Shown one piece after another: positions 56,118-64,000 of a stretch of 64,000 bases of DNA. Both the position numbers and the translations under genes were made by a program. The stretch is from a phage. Every line of letters starts with the position of its first letter. Position 1 is the stretch's first letter. Where the stretch lies: assembly GCA_011911785.1 (NCBI GenBank), contig GCA_011911785.1_4084.1. One strand, written 5' to 3'. A model generated the notes under the pieces. The model was not told where the DNA came from. It worked only from the letters and a program-made list of their open reading frames with translations, and made no database searches.

Positions 56118-56683
56118 TGCTGGACCTTCAGGACATAGAAAGTACATGCAAAGCGATAGAAGATGATTTAGAATACATCAAGGGGTTGTATTTAATTGTA
56201 GATAGGATTTACAAAAATCCGAATGCGTTTCAGGAAACGTACCAGCATGATAAATTTCGACACGAACCAATCATTACGCTTATGTCGGATTTATCGATTT
56301 ACGAAAGAAAATCCAACAAATCACATAGTGTATTATTTGTGAGTACAGATAGATTTTACAGTACAACATCAATTTGTTCAGATGTATCATGTGCATGGTT
56401 CAGTTCAAATGAATATATAACAGTTAAAAATAATGGCGAAAATGAGAAATTAAAAGTAAGTGAGCTTATTGATTTGATGCCATATAGTCCTGATGTAGTG
56501 TTTCAGTACAGTACATTGCACGATTATAATTCAATACGATATCGTTATTTTGTTAAGCATTATTATGATACCTTCGGGGAGTTAACGGAGAAGTTAACGT
56601 TGAGATTTGACCGTGATATTGATCTCGTTGCAATGCTTCAGTACATACAGTACGTGTTTGATAAGGACGCGGAAAAGGGGTAA
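56117..56683 (+). CDS. F2 family protein (188 aa)
   Basis: Motif SPDVVFQYSTLHD. Confidence 0.5.
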   Translation: MLDLQDIESTCKAIEDDLEYIKGLYLIVDRIYKNPNAFQETYQHDKFRHEPIITLMSDLSIYERKSNKSHSVLFVSTDRFYSTTSICSDVSCAWFSSNEYITVKNNGENEKLKVSELIDLMPYSPDVVFQYSTLHDYNSIRYRYFVKHYYDTFGELTEKLTLRFDRDIDLVAMLQYIQYVFDKDAEKG

Positions 56684-56895
56684 TTTTAAAATGATAAATA
56701 TAGGCTTGTTTTTGGGGGCGTTTTGGGGGGTCAAAAAAATTTTCGCTGAAAAACATGTTAAGGTATATGTTTAATATAAAATTTTATATTGTGTTTTTCA
56801 GAGTACAGTTCATGTTTCCTTAAACAAAAAATACCCCGCCGCCGAACGTGCTCCTTATATTGTAGTTTACCTTATTAATTATAGTAGAGGTTATT

Positions 56896-57252
56896 ATGAG
56901 CAATGATTTTGCTATTCACAGTTTTTTCTACAAAAAGGTTGAGTTCTATTGTAATCTCGTTAAGGGTGATACCAATCATTCGTTGGACCAATATATTAAG
57001 TACACCTCAAATGGATTTTCTTTTATTGATTACGGTCGAGTGGGTGGTGGTGTTAATGAACCTATGCTGGACTATACAGAAATGGATGAGGCTACACTAT
57101 TTCAGGAATCATTAGTGTTCGATAAGAAATATATTTGTACACTAGATGAAGTTATTGGTATTCAGAATATCATGAAAGAACACTCTGCGAAGTGCATGAT
57201 AGAATTAACTCAAGATAAGCACAAGACTGTTCAGTACCATTTCAATCTTTAG
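56896..57252 (+). CDS. F2 family protein (118 aa)
   Basis: Motif DEATLFQESLVFD. Confidence 0.5.
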   Translation: MSNDFAIHSFFYKKVEFYCNLVKGDTNHSLDQYIKYTSNGFSFIDYGRVGGGVNEPMLDYTEMDEATLFQESLVFDKKYICTLDEVIGIQNIMKEHSAKCMIELTQDKHKTVQYHFNL

Positions 57253-57263
57253 GGGTCTTAACT

Positions 57264-57608
57264 ATGACATACAATGAATACCGTGAAATAGATCTTCTCC
57301 AGAATACATTATATGAAATTGAAGATTTAATGCACGGATGGACAAGTCTTTCTTTCTTTAATGAAATGTTCGAAGAAATAAAAGTAGTACTACAGAAAAA
57401 ACATAATGGTACTAAAATTAAAATAAAGACTTTCACTGGAGAAGTCTGGTGCGGAGAAATTGTGAAATACATTATAACTCGCAATAACGCATCATTCTGT
57501 TTGAATACTGGTCATTACAGAAATCATTTCAACAATAGCAGTACTCAAGTTATTTCCGAGGAAGAATACAATGAGCACTGTAATAAACTTCTTAAGAGTA
57601 GATTCTAA
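57264..57608 (+). CDS. F2-like protein, degenerate motif (114 aa)
   Basis: ISEEEYNEHCNKL in the motif position. Confidence 0.4.
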   Translation: MTYNEYREIDLLQNTLYEIEDLMHGWTSLSFFNEMFEEIKVVLQKKHNGTKIKIKTFTGEVWCGEIVKYIITRNNASFCLNTGHYRNHFNNSSTQVISEEEYNEHCNKLLKSRF

Positions 57609-57934
57609 TGAATACTAAAATATATGTTTCTTCAAGTACAATGGGAAGTGGTTTTACTTATACGTGCTTTTTTACTACATTGAATAAAACACCTATATTG
57701 ATTATTCGTGATTTCAATGAATGTAATATAGAGTACGTATCCAAAACAGATAAGCTTCCTAATTACATCGAATGCGAATACATGGAGAACTATGAAAGTT
57801 TTATATTTCAGGAATCATTAGTATGGGATAAAGAAATCGATTTCTTTATGTACCTTGCATTACAAAAGTACTACAGAGATAACAAGGACCAAATAGTTCG
57901 TTCTTGCATTTATTCTATTAATCTGGAGTACTGA
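57608..57934 (+). CDS. F2 family protein (108 aa)
   Basis: Motif ESFIFQESLVWD. Confidence 0.5.
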   Translation: MNTKIYVSSSTMGSGFTYTCFFTTLNKTPILIIRDFNECNIEYVSKTDKLPNYIECEYMENYESFIFQESLVWDKEIDFFMYLALQKYYRDNKDQIVRSCIYSINLEY

Positions 57935-58104
57935 TGCTTAAAAAAGAACAAATGGAATCATTAATGAATGCAGTTATTCGTCGTTTTGTTAAAGACATTA
58001 GTCATAAAAACTGTATTACAAATGACAGGTACGGTATAGAATTGTATATAGCTAATATTCACATGGCGTACAGAGAATATATTAAGACACGTCACAGGGG
58101 TTGA
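57934..58104 (+). CDS. Small ORF (56 aa), likely 3' remnant of an F2 copy
   Basis: Ends ..KTRHRG + GGTTGAAATGAG junction identical to the end of 58106-58588. Confidence 0.3.
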   Translation: MLKKEQMESLMNAVIRRFVKDISHKNCITNDRYGIELYIANIHMAYREYIKTRHRG

Positions 58105-58105
58105 A

Positions 58106-58588
58106 ATGAGTTTAGAAAGTGCATTGAAAGAAGCAAAGAAGATTCATGAGTACATGAATATGGCAAAAGAAGGTTCAGTTTACGGTATTTTCAAAGACAC
58201 AAGTACTCAATATTATGTCTCTGATAACCTCATTGATAATGACTTCCCAGATACAGAAACGTGCGTACTAGATACCGACCCTAATGATTATGAATGTTTC
58301 ATTGATATGCATAATGAGTACATGGTCTATGTTAATGATGGAGATATTACCATCTACAGTACTGTCCACGATACCGATGACATTATAATTCCGTGTGCAG
58401 TACTGGAAGGTCCGTGGGATAGTGAAGAGTATTACTTCCAACAAAGTACTGTATACAATGAAGAAGAACTTGATTGTATTGTAATTATGTGGTACTTTAA
58501 AAGTATTGGTTCTGAGAACTTCTATTTCGATTACAGATACGTAAAGAAAACTGTAGATAACGGTATTAATAAACTTCACAGGGGTTGA
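58106..58588 (+). CDS. F2 family protein (160 aa), one of a recently duplicated triplet
   Basis: Motif SEEYYFQQSTVYN; N-term MSLESALKEAKKIHEYM. Confidence 0.55.
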   Translation: MSLESALKEAKKIHEYMNMAKEGSVYGIFKDTSTQYYVSDNLIDNDFPDTETCVLDTDPNDYECFIDMHNEYMVYVNDGDITIYSTVHDTDDIIIPCAVLEGPWDSEEYYFQQSTVYNEEELDCIVIMWYFKSIGSENFYFDYRYVKKTVDNGINKLHRG

Positions 58589-58589
58589 A

Positions 58590-59033
58590 ATGAGTTTAGA
58601 AAGAGCACTAGAACTAGCCAACAAAATACATCACTTCCACGATAACATAAAAAGTGGGTTCTATGGTGATAAAGTAAGTGCATTTGGTAATGAGTATTAT
58701 CTATCAGGTATAAAGACATACTCTGCTGATATTTTACTTATGGGTCATGATAAAGACAATACTATACAGTACTCTTCATGTAGTCAATATACTAGTTTTA
58801 TGGTATATATTCCAGGTACTAAGATTACTTTTGACACATCAAATTCACCTGTTGACTTCGGGGTACTTGATGGCCCGTGGGGTACTGAAGAGTATTACTT
58901 CCAACAGAGTCTCATTTTTAACCAAGAAATGCTTGATTCCTTGGTTGTGTTGTGGTACTTTAAGGAATTGAATTTTGAACCATTCTTTCTTGACTGGGGA
59001 GCATGTGAATATTTAAGTACAGGGGATTTGTAA
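58590..59033 (+). CDS. F2 family protein (147 aa), triplet member
   Basis: Motif TEEYYFQQSLIFN. Confidence 0.55.
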   Translation: MSLERALELANKIHHFHDNIKSGFYGDKVSAFGNEYYLSGIKTYSADILLMGHDKDNTIQYSSCSQYTSFMVYIPGTKITFDTSNSPVDFGVLDGPWGTEEYYFQQSLIFNQEMLDSLVVLWYFKELNFEPFFLDWGACEYLSTGDL

Positions 59034-59488
59034 TGTCGTTACAAAGTGCATTGAAAGAAGCAAAGAAGATTCATGAGTACATGATTAAGGTCAAAGGTGG
59101 AGAAATTCCAGGTATCTTCAAAATGTCAGAGACTGAATATTGCACGAAGAATATTGAGGATTTTGATGGTTCTGATACATTAGTACTGCAATGTGATGAT
59201 TATGATCATGATAATTGTGGTTATAACCCTTTGTACTACTTTATCAATTACTACCCAGGGTCAGATATAACCGTATACAACCCTGATTATTATGCTAAAG
59301 ATTTGACAATTCCGTTTTCAGTACTGGATGGTCCGTGGGATAGTGAAGAGTATTACTTTCAGCAAAGTACTGTATATACTGAACATGAACTCGATACTCT
59401 GGTCATTATGTGGTACTTTAAAAGTATAGATTCAACATGTTTCTATATGGATTATGAATACATAGAGACACAGAAATATAAGAGGTAA
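59033..59488 (+). CDS. F2 family protein (151 aa), triplet member
   Basis: Motif SEEYYFQQSTVYT; 5' ~40 nt identical to 58106 gene. Confidence 0.55.
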   Translation: MSLQSALKEAKKIHEYMIKVKGGEIPGIFKMSETEYCTKNIEDFDGSDTLVLQCDDYDHDNCGYNPLYYFINYYPGSDITVYNPDYYAKDLTIPFSVLDGPWDSEEYYFQQSTVYTEHELDTLVIMWYFKSIDSTCFYMDYEYIETQKYKR

Positions 59489-59493
59489 TTGTA

Positions 59494-59940
59494 ATGTTTT
59501 TTTATTATTATGAAGTAAATGATAAGTTGGTTCAGGATATTGTACAAATAATCAAGTACTTCAATGATAATCCTAAAGTATTGGGTAGTGAACTTGAATA
59601 CGAGAAAGGTGGGTGTGTATATTTTACTTTCTGCGGTGGGTGCTCTGATGAGCAATCATTTTTCAATTCTTATTCAAATTACATCTCCTATAATGCACTT
59701 GCAGACGAGTTGATTGTGGTACGTGACAGTAGTGATGACCGTACAGTGTATACCAGAGAGACAATACAAAGTGTAGGTAATGAAGAAGGATACTTTCAAT
59801 TGAGTACAGTACTTAATCATGAAGAACTACATGTATTACGTTTGTTTTATCTTATTAGTACTATGAACTTGAAGCACGATCAGGTATACATTGATTTAGA
59901 TTACTTTGAGTACTTACGTAAGATTAGTTCTAAAAAATAA
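59494..59940 (+). CDS. F2 family protein (148 aa)
   Basis: Motif NEEGYFQLSTVLN. Confidence 0.5.
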   Translation: MFFYYYEVNDKLVQDIVQIIKYFNDNPKVLGSELEYEKGGCVYFTFCGGCSDEQSFFNSYSNYISYNALADELIVVRDSSDDRTVYTRETIQSVGNEEGYFQLSTVLNHEELHVLRLFYLISTMNLKHDQVYIDLDYFEYLRKISSKK

Positions 59941-59950
59941 GTTCATGCTA

Positions 59951-59978
59951 TTGACAAGAGCCTGTACTGTGTTACAAT
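59951..59978 (+). promoter_or_regulatory. Sigma70-type promoter TTGACA-16-TACAAT
   Basis: Read directly. Confidence 0.5.
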
Positions 59979-60012
59979 GCACAGTAATATTAATTCAAAA
60001 GGTGCACATTAA

Positions 60013-60546
60013 ATGATTATTGATGCTTACAATGCTGAGGAAATGCAGGAATTATCTCGTAAAATCAACATTATAGTTCCTTTGCTTAAGGATTGCAGTA
60101 CTGGTTTGATTCCATCACGAGACATTATTAAAGAAGGATACTACCTACAGGCAGTCTATAAGGGTGGTACATTTCATCGTTGTCGTGTATTACGTGATGG
60201 CCTTCCTGCACTTACACTTATTGGTATTGGTATTGCCGTATGCGGCACGAACCGTTTGTACTTGAATGAAAAAAATCAAATCATGAATTTGTTTTATACA
60301 GGAAAAAGTACTGAATTATATTTTGGTATTCAGAACTGGTGGGATACAGTAAAGAGTAGTACTATTGAAATCCCAAAATACAATTACAACACATTTGAAG
60401 AGCAGATGTTTCAATTGTCATGTACAGATGACATGTACATGATTCTACGTCTCTATATGGAGATGCAAATGAACTTCAGAAGTAATTTATACATTGATAC
60501 TTCAACATTTGAATTCGAAGATGTATTCGTTGATGGTATATTATGA
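60013..60546 (+). CDS. F2 family protein (177 aa)
   Basis: Motif FEEQMFQLSCTDD. Confidence 0.5.
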   Translation: MIIDAYNAEEMQELSRKINIIVPLLKDCSTGLIPSRDIIKEGYYLQAVYKGGTFHRCRVLRDGLPALTLIGIGIAVCGTNRLYLNEKNQIMNLFYTGKSTELYFGIQNWWDTVKSSTIEIPKYNYNTFEEQMFQLSCTDDMYMILRLYMEMQMNFRSNLYIDTSTFEFEDVFVDGIL

Positions 60547-60770
60547 AGTATATTCCAAAACACCAGTACTACAGGATGTGTTCTGACATTTACACAAAAT
60601 GGAATACATTTCATCCCCTTTTGAAGAAGAGGCGTCCATATCATGATTACAAGTTGAATCATTTTCTTGGAACTAATTATCAAGAGGTTGTGATGAAAGA
60701 TTACATTTTTAACCTTCAGAAATTAATTCAGAATAAAGTTCAAGGAAAGGGGGAGTCACCGTGGGTATAA
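60543..60770 (+). CDS. F1 family small protein (75 aa)
   Basis: Motif FLGTNYQEVV. Confidence 0.5.
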   Translation: MKYIPKHQYYRMCSDIYTKWNTFHPLLKKRRPYHDYKLNHFLGTNYQEVVMKDYIFNLQKLIQNKVQGKGESPWV

Positions 60771-60967
60771 GACACAGAGACATGCAAGATATTCTTAACC
60801 AATACAGTGCTCAAATGTTCACTGCAATCAGGTCTTCCAATCAAAATGACGTGTCGGAATTACAGTTACTGATGTACATAGGGACACAATACCAGGAGGC
60901 TTCAGTTGAGACGTATATTAAGTACCTATTGGGTATTATAAGGATGAAAAATGGACAATACTTTTGA
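60761..60967 (+). CDS. F1 family small protein (68 aa)
   Basis: Motif YIGTQYQEAS. Confidence 0.5.
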   Translation: MGIRHRDMQDILNQYSAQMFTAIRSSNQNDVSELQLLMYIGTQYQEASVETYIKYLLGIIRMKNGQYF

Positions 60968-61187
60968 ACAAGCACCAGCATCGGATTTTAGTTATGGGTT
61001 TATTATAGATATATTTTCTGGTACTGAAGAATCGGATATACCTCTTTATATCTTTGCTAATATGCGTTATATTTTTCGTATTGCAGAGGACAGTGACAAA
61101 TCTGATATGTCTTTTATGATTAAAAAAATCATATACTTATCGTGCTATGAATATATGAATGAAATGAGCGAACACTATGACCTATGA
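60951..61187 (+). CDS. Hypothetical small protein (78 aa)
   Basis: No family motif. Confidence 0.4.
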   Translation: MDNTFEQAPASDFSYGFIIDIFSGTEESDIPLYIFANMRYIFRIAEDSDKSDMSFMIKKIIYLSCYEYMNEMSEHYDL

Positions 61188-61725
61188 TGAGATAATTTCT
61201 TTTGCAAATAAGTTAAGTACACTAACCAAATTGACGGAAGTAGTACTGCAAGATGAGCGTATACTTTCTAGGAGTGAGCTAATTGTTTCACAACACGATT
61301 ACATGACGTATATGTCTTTCAGATCGTCAGGCCGAACAATTATTAAGTTCGGTTCTGTTCCTGAAACAAATGGAAAATTATCTATGTGCACCCATAACAA
61401 TGGGGAATTGTATGGATTAGTGTACAGAAAAGATTCGACAGTACTGAATACTTTTAATGCAGGTGCGAGTGCAGTTGATGTTACATCATTAAGCGATGTT
61501 GACAAACACATAGATTTACCACACATTGAAATTAATGAAGAAAGTGTTTTTCAGTTAAGTACTTTGTACAATGATATTGAAGTGTTTGGTATTTCTTTAT
61601 GGAATATCCTTCGTTTAAGGGATGATGCTCCTGTATTTGTATATGCAAATTATGAAGACATTGATACTTGTATTGATGAAATGGAGAAATACATTGATCA
61701 ATTTAAACAAAACTTCCACATTTGA
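61177..61725 (+). CDS. F2 family protein (182 aa)
   Basis: Motif NEESVFQLSTLYND. Confidence 0.5.
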   Translation: MTYDEIISFANKLSTLTKLTEVVLQDERILSRSELIVSQHDYMTYMSFRSSGRTIIKFGSVPETNGKLSMCTHNNGELYGLVYRKDSTVLNTFNAGASAVDVTSLSDVDKHIDLPHIEINEESVFQLSTLYNDIEVFGISLWNILRLRDDAPVFVYANYEDIDTCIDEMEKYIDQFKQNFHI

Positions 61726-62284
61726 TATTCACGAGAAAGCTAAGCTACTCATCAGTACTGCTGAATATTATTACGATACAGTACTGAGTCAATCACCTTC
61801 TACATTTCGTGATTTAGTTAAATCATTTAATAAAACACAAAAAGACTGTGAGCTTTCATATAATGGTGTGAACTTTATGTATATTAAACCATATATGTCA
61901 AAGCGTGATTTGATTAAATGCAATGATGATTTCAAGATTGATCGTGATTTAAATCGTTTCTTCTACGATGTAAGAAGCAATCTGTATCAACTTACATTAA
62001 ATTCCAGTACTTCTTTCATTATTGGATTGGGTAAGAATTTAGGCACAGGTACTTCATTTTATAATAAAGGTGCAGTACAAGATGTGGATCTCAATCCAAG
62101 TACTGATGTTGCATTCCAACAGGATTTGATTATGAATGTGGATTCAGCATCAGTATACAGTTCTAATGTTCTGTGTAAGGAATTTCAGAATTCCAAAATT
62201 CTTGAGTTATTGTACATTGCGGATTGCAATATACTGTACAAATTTTGTACTCATCTGAAGGAGATTTATGAAAAAAGAAATTAG
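61676..62284 (+). CDS. F2-like protein (~202 aa; start uncertain, overlaps upstream gene)
   Basis: VAFQQDLIMN in the motif position; first in-frame ATG after track start region. Confidence 0.35.
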   Translation: MKWRNTLINLNKTSTFDIHEKAKLLISTAEYYYDTVLSQSPSTFRDLVKSFNKTQKDCELSYNGVNFMYIKPYMSKRDLIKCNDDFKIDRDLNRFFYDVRSNLYQLTLNSSTSFIIGLGKNLGTGTSFYNKGAVQDVDLNPSTDVAFQQDLIMNVDSASVYSSNVLCKEFQNSKILELLYIADCNILYKFCTHLKEIYEKRN

Positions 62285-62636
62285 AATCCAATTCGGTATG
62301 AGGAAAAAAGAGGTCATTTGTACACTGAATCATGCGGTCGTGGAAAGGTTTGATGCATTACAAAAATTCTCCCATTTTGTTCTTGTACTATATGAAAATG
62401 GGTCTTTTAAAATCTTCACATATGATGATTCAAAAAATTATCGTAATGATTTTGTAAATCTTACAGTACTGTCAGAAGAGGAATTCTTTCAGGAAAGTAC
62501 AGTCTGGGATTTACCAGGAGCACCAATTGAATACGTCCGTGCTACACAGGCAGAAATGATCAAAGCAATGCAGAACTATCCAGAAGATCATATGACTAAG
62601 TTTCCTGAATCTATTCATGTAGAGGTTGAGTACTGA
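62268..62636 (+). CDS. F2 family protein (122 aa)
   Basis: Motif SEEEFFQESTVWD. Confidence 0.5.
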   Translation: MKKEIRIQFGMRKKEVICTLNHAVVERFDALQKFSHFVLVLYENGSFKIFTYDDSKNYRNDFVNLTVLSEEEFFQESTVWDLPGAPIEYVRATQAEMIKAMQNYPEDHMTKFPESIHVEVEY

Positions 62637-62974
62637 TGGATTTAGTAAAAGTTACTATAGCCAAACATCAGTACTATGTAATGATTGAGTTAGGTTATAA
62701 CCACAAGAAAGAACATTTTTATTATCTTACATATGAAAAGAATATGTTCAAGATAATCACTAATAATTTAGCACGAGATGTATTTCATATTTTTGATTAC
62801 AGTGATTATAGTGAAGAAGAGTTATTTCAGGAATCATTAGTATGGGAGTACAATAGAATTGTAGATATTGAAAAGTTATTTAAGTATCAACAACTAATGA
62901 AAGATATAATGAATAACTATCCATGTGAACTACAAAGAGAACTGGAATTTATTGTCCAATACAAAGAGGTTTAA
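62636..62974 (+). CDS. F2 family protein (112 aa)
   Basis: Motif SEEELFQESLVWE. Confidence 0.5.
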   Translation: MDLVKVTIAKHQYYVMIELGYNHKKEHFYYLTYEKNMFKIITNNLARDVFHIFDYSDYSEEELFQESLVWEYNRIVDIEKLFKYQQLMKDIMNNYPCELQRELEFIVQYKEV

Positions 62975-62976
62975 TT

Positions 62977-63513
62977 ATGTTAGATTATGACAGAATAGAG
63001 AAAGATGATTGGGACGGTACTCACCATTTAAAGGTTGACACTTTTGAACACGCTCGCAGTACTGCTCAAGATCTTATGCAAATCCATGAGTTCATTTGTA
63101 ATAACAGAGAGACTTCTATTTGGACAAAATCTGACAGATTTATTGATTCAAGTTATGATTACTTCAGTATTCGTTCAAATCATCTAGATGATGACGGGTA
63201 CAGTGTTGATATGTTCAATATCAACAAATTTAATGACCCTGAATATGATCCAAAATACAGCGGTGGATTTTTAAGTTATTCCCCTAACTATGACAGAATA
63301 AAGTTCTTTTACGTAGATACTGACATTGTTCTTCCATTTATCGAAGAAGAACTTACCGAAGAACTGTTCTTTCAGATGAGTACTGTTGACGACCCGTACA
63401 TAGTTGGTGTACAATTCATGTTCTCTTGGCTTAAACAGAATAACTTCCCTCCTTTTTATGTTGACCTTACTTTTTACGATTTGATTTGGAATTTTGTTCG
63501 TAATCCATCTTGA
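62977..63513 (+). CDS. F2 family protein (178 aa)
   Basis: Motif TEELFFQMSTVDD. Confidence 0.5.
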   Translation: MLDYDRIEKDDWDGTHHLKVDTFEHARSTAQDLMQIHEFICNNRETSIWTKSDRFIDSSYDYFSIRSNHLDDDGYSVDMFNINKFNDPEYDPKYSGGFLSYSPNYDRIKFFYVDTDIVLPFIEEELTEELFFQMSTVDDPYIVGVQFMFSWLKQNNFPPFYVDLTFYDLIWNFVRNPS

Positions 63514-63538
63514 CACCTCCTTCTGTGCATGATATAAT
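63510..63538 (+). promoter_or_regulatory. Sigma70-type promoter TTGACA-17-TATAAT
   Basis: Read directly. Confidence 0.55.
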
Positions 63539-63569
63539 CTTTTTCATCTAATACGAAAAGGATCATATC

Positions 63570-64000
63570 ATGCAATTCAATCCTGAACTCTCATACAGTA
63601 ATGCTATAACTTTTGCAGACAATTTAATTCGCATTCATAACTTTTTAAGAGATGTTGAAACTAATTTTGACGTTACATATGTGGACCCCAAAAGTGGAGA
63701 GATGTTTACCGATACAGTACAGGTATCCAGTATTCTGTCATTTCGTATGCATATGTTATACAGCAAAGTTGAAGCACATAATAATGTAAGAATTCTTGGT
63801 TCGTCATTCTTTGGATTCAATGCGAAAGCGAAAGGTACTCTTCGTTTTTATAAAGAATTTTTGGAGTACGAAGATATAGAATATATAGATCTCATTGATA
63901 TCAATGATGAGTGTGAATACTTTCAGTACTGCACAATCTATTCAGAAGATGTGGTTTTTGCATTAACTGCAATATCTGAATTGCATAAAAAATTACCACC
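63570..64000 (+). CDS. F2 family protein, 3'-truncated by window end
   Basis: Not in ORF track (no stop); hand-translated MQFNPELSY..; motif ECEYFQYCTIYSED; RBS AAAAGGA. Confidence 0.45.
   Translation, partial: MQFNPELSYSNAITFADNLIRIHNFLRDVETNFDVTYVDPKSGEMFTDTVQVSSILSFRMHMLYSKVEAHNNVRILGSSFFGFNAKAKGTLRFYKEFLEYEDIEYIDLIDINDECEYFQYCTIYSEDVVFALTAISELHKKLP

Noticed and set aside
56684-56895. Non-coding gap inside the F2 array with a perfect palindrome TATAAAATTTTATA (56776-56789)
   Set aside because: Could be an operator or terminator-less spacer; no supporting repeat copies or promoter consensus, so not called
40717-59655. Overlapping alternative-frame ORFs inside array genes (40717-40929, 49369-49578 minus, 50360-50563 minus, 53968-54315 minus, 54258-54497 minus, 54955-55182 minus, 56553-56756 minus, 56903-57115, 57242-57484 minus, 58268-58624 minus, 58747-58971, 59452-59655 minus, 60453-60683 minus, 61299-61526 minus, 63271-63516 minus, 63635-63820 minus)
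   Set aside because: Embedded in or antisense to family F1/F2 or early genes; no independent support
1-64000. Prophage or mobile-element boundary (integrase, att site, transposase)
   Set aside because: No integrase/transposase-like ORF or flanking direct repeats; the whole window reads as lytic-phage genome

Overview
This 64-kb window is a segment of a T4-like myophage genome. The anchor is a clear homolog of phage T4 endonuclease V (denV) at 264-701; sigma70-type early promoters and low GC fit that assignment. Layout: (1) 1-6.4 kb, plus-strand early operons: denV, a Zn-ribbon-motif protein, an AAA+-like ATPase, an operon of small membrane proteins ending in a lipoprotein. (2) 6.5-20.5 kb, minus-strand array of ten RCC1/Kelch-like beta-propeller genes; nine share the N-terminus MLPFVRMLEYGN and a near-identical terminator-leader-RBS cassette. 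(3) 20.5-24.2 kb, about 15 tandem small genes of an 'HKEYY' family (F3), one with an in-frame stop. (4) 24.2-26.1 kb, a 1.9-kb non-coding region with iteron-like repeats, an orphan promoter and very dense AGTACT. (5) 26.1-44.5 kb, about 55 small early genes, most with their own promoter plus 5' stem-loop cassette, including GNAT-like and protein-kinase-like proteins. (6) 44.7-64 kb, two interleaved tandem paralog families (F1, 26 copies, LGTNYQ motif; F2, about 25 copies, EEYFQES-like motif) running off the window end. No tRNA, rRNA, CRISPR, integrase, transposase or reverse transcriptase was found. Start coordinates are moved from the ORF track wherever the track start lies upstream of the RBS or uses a weak TTG. 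Every functional call except denV is a motif-level inference made without database searches.
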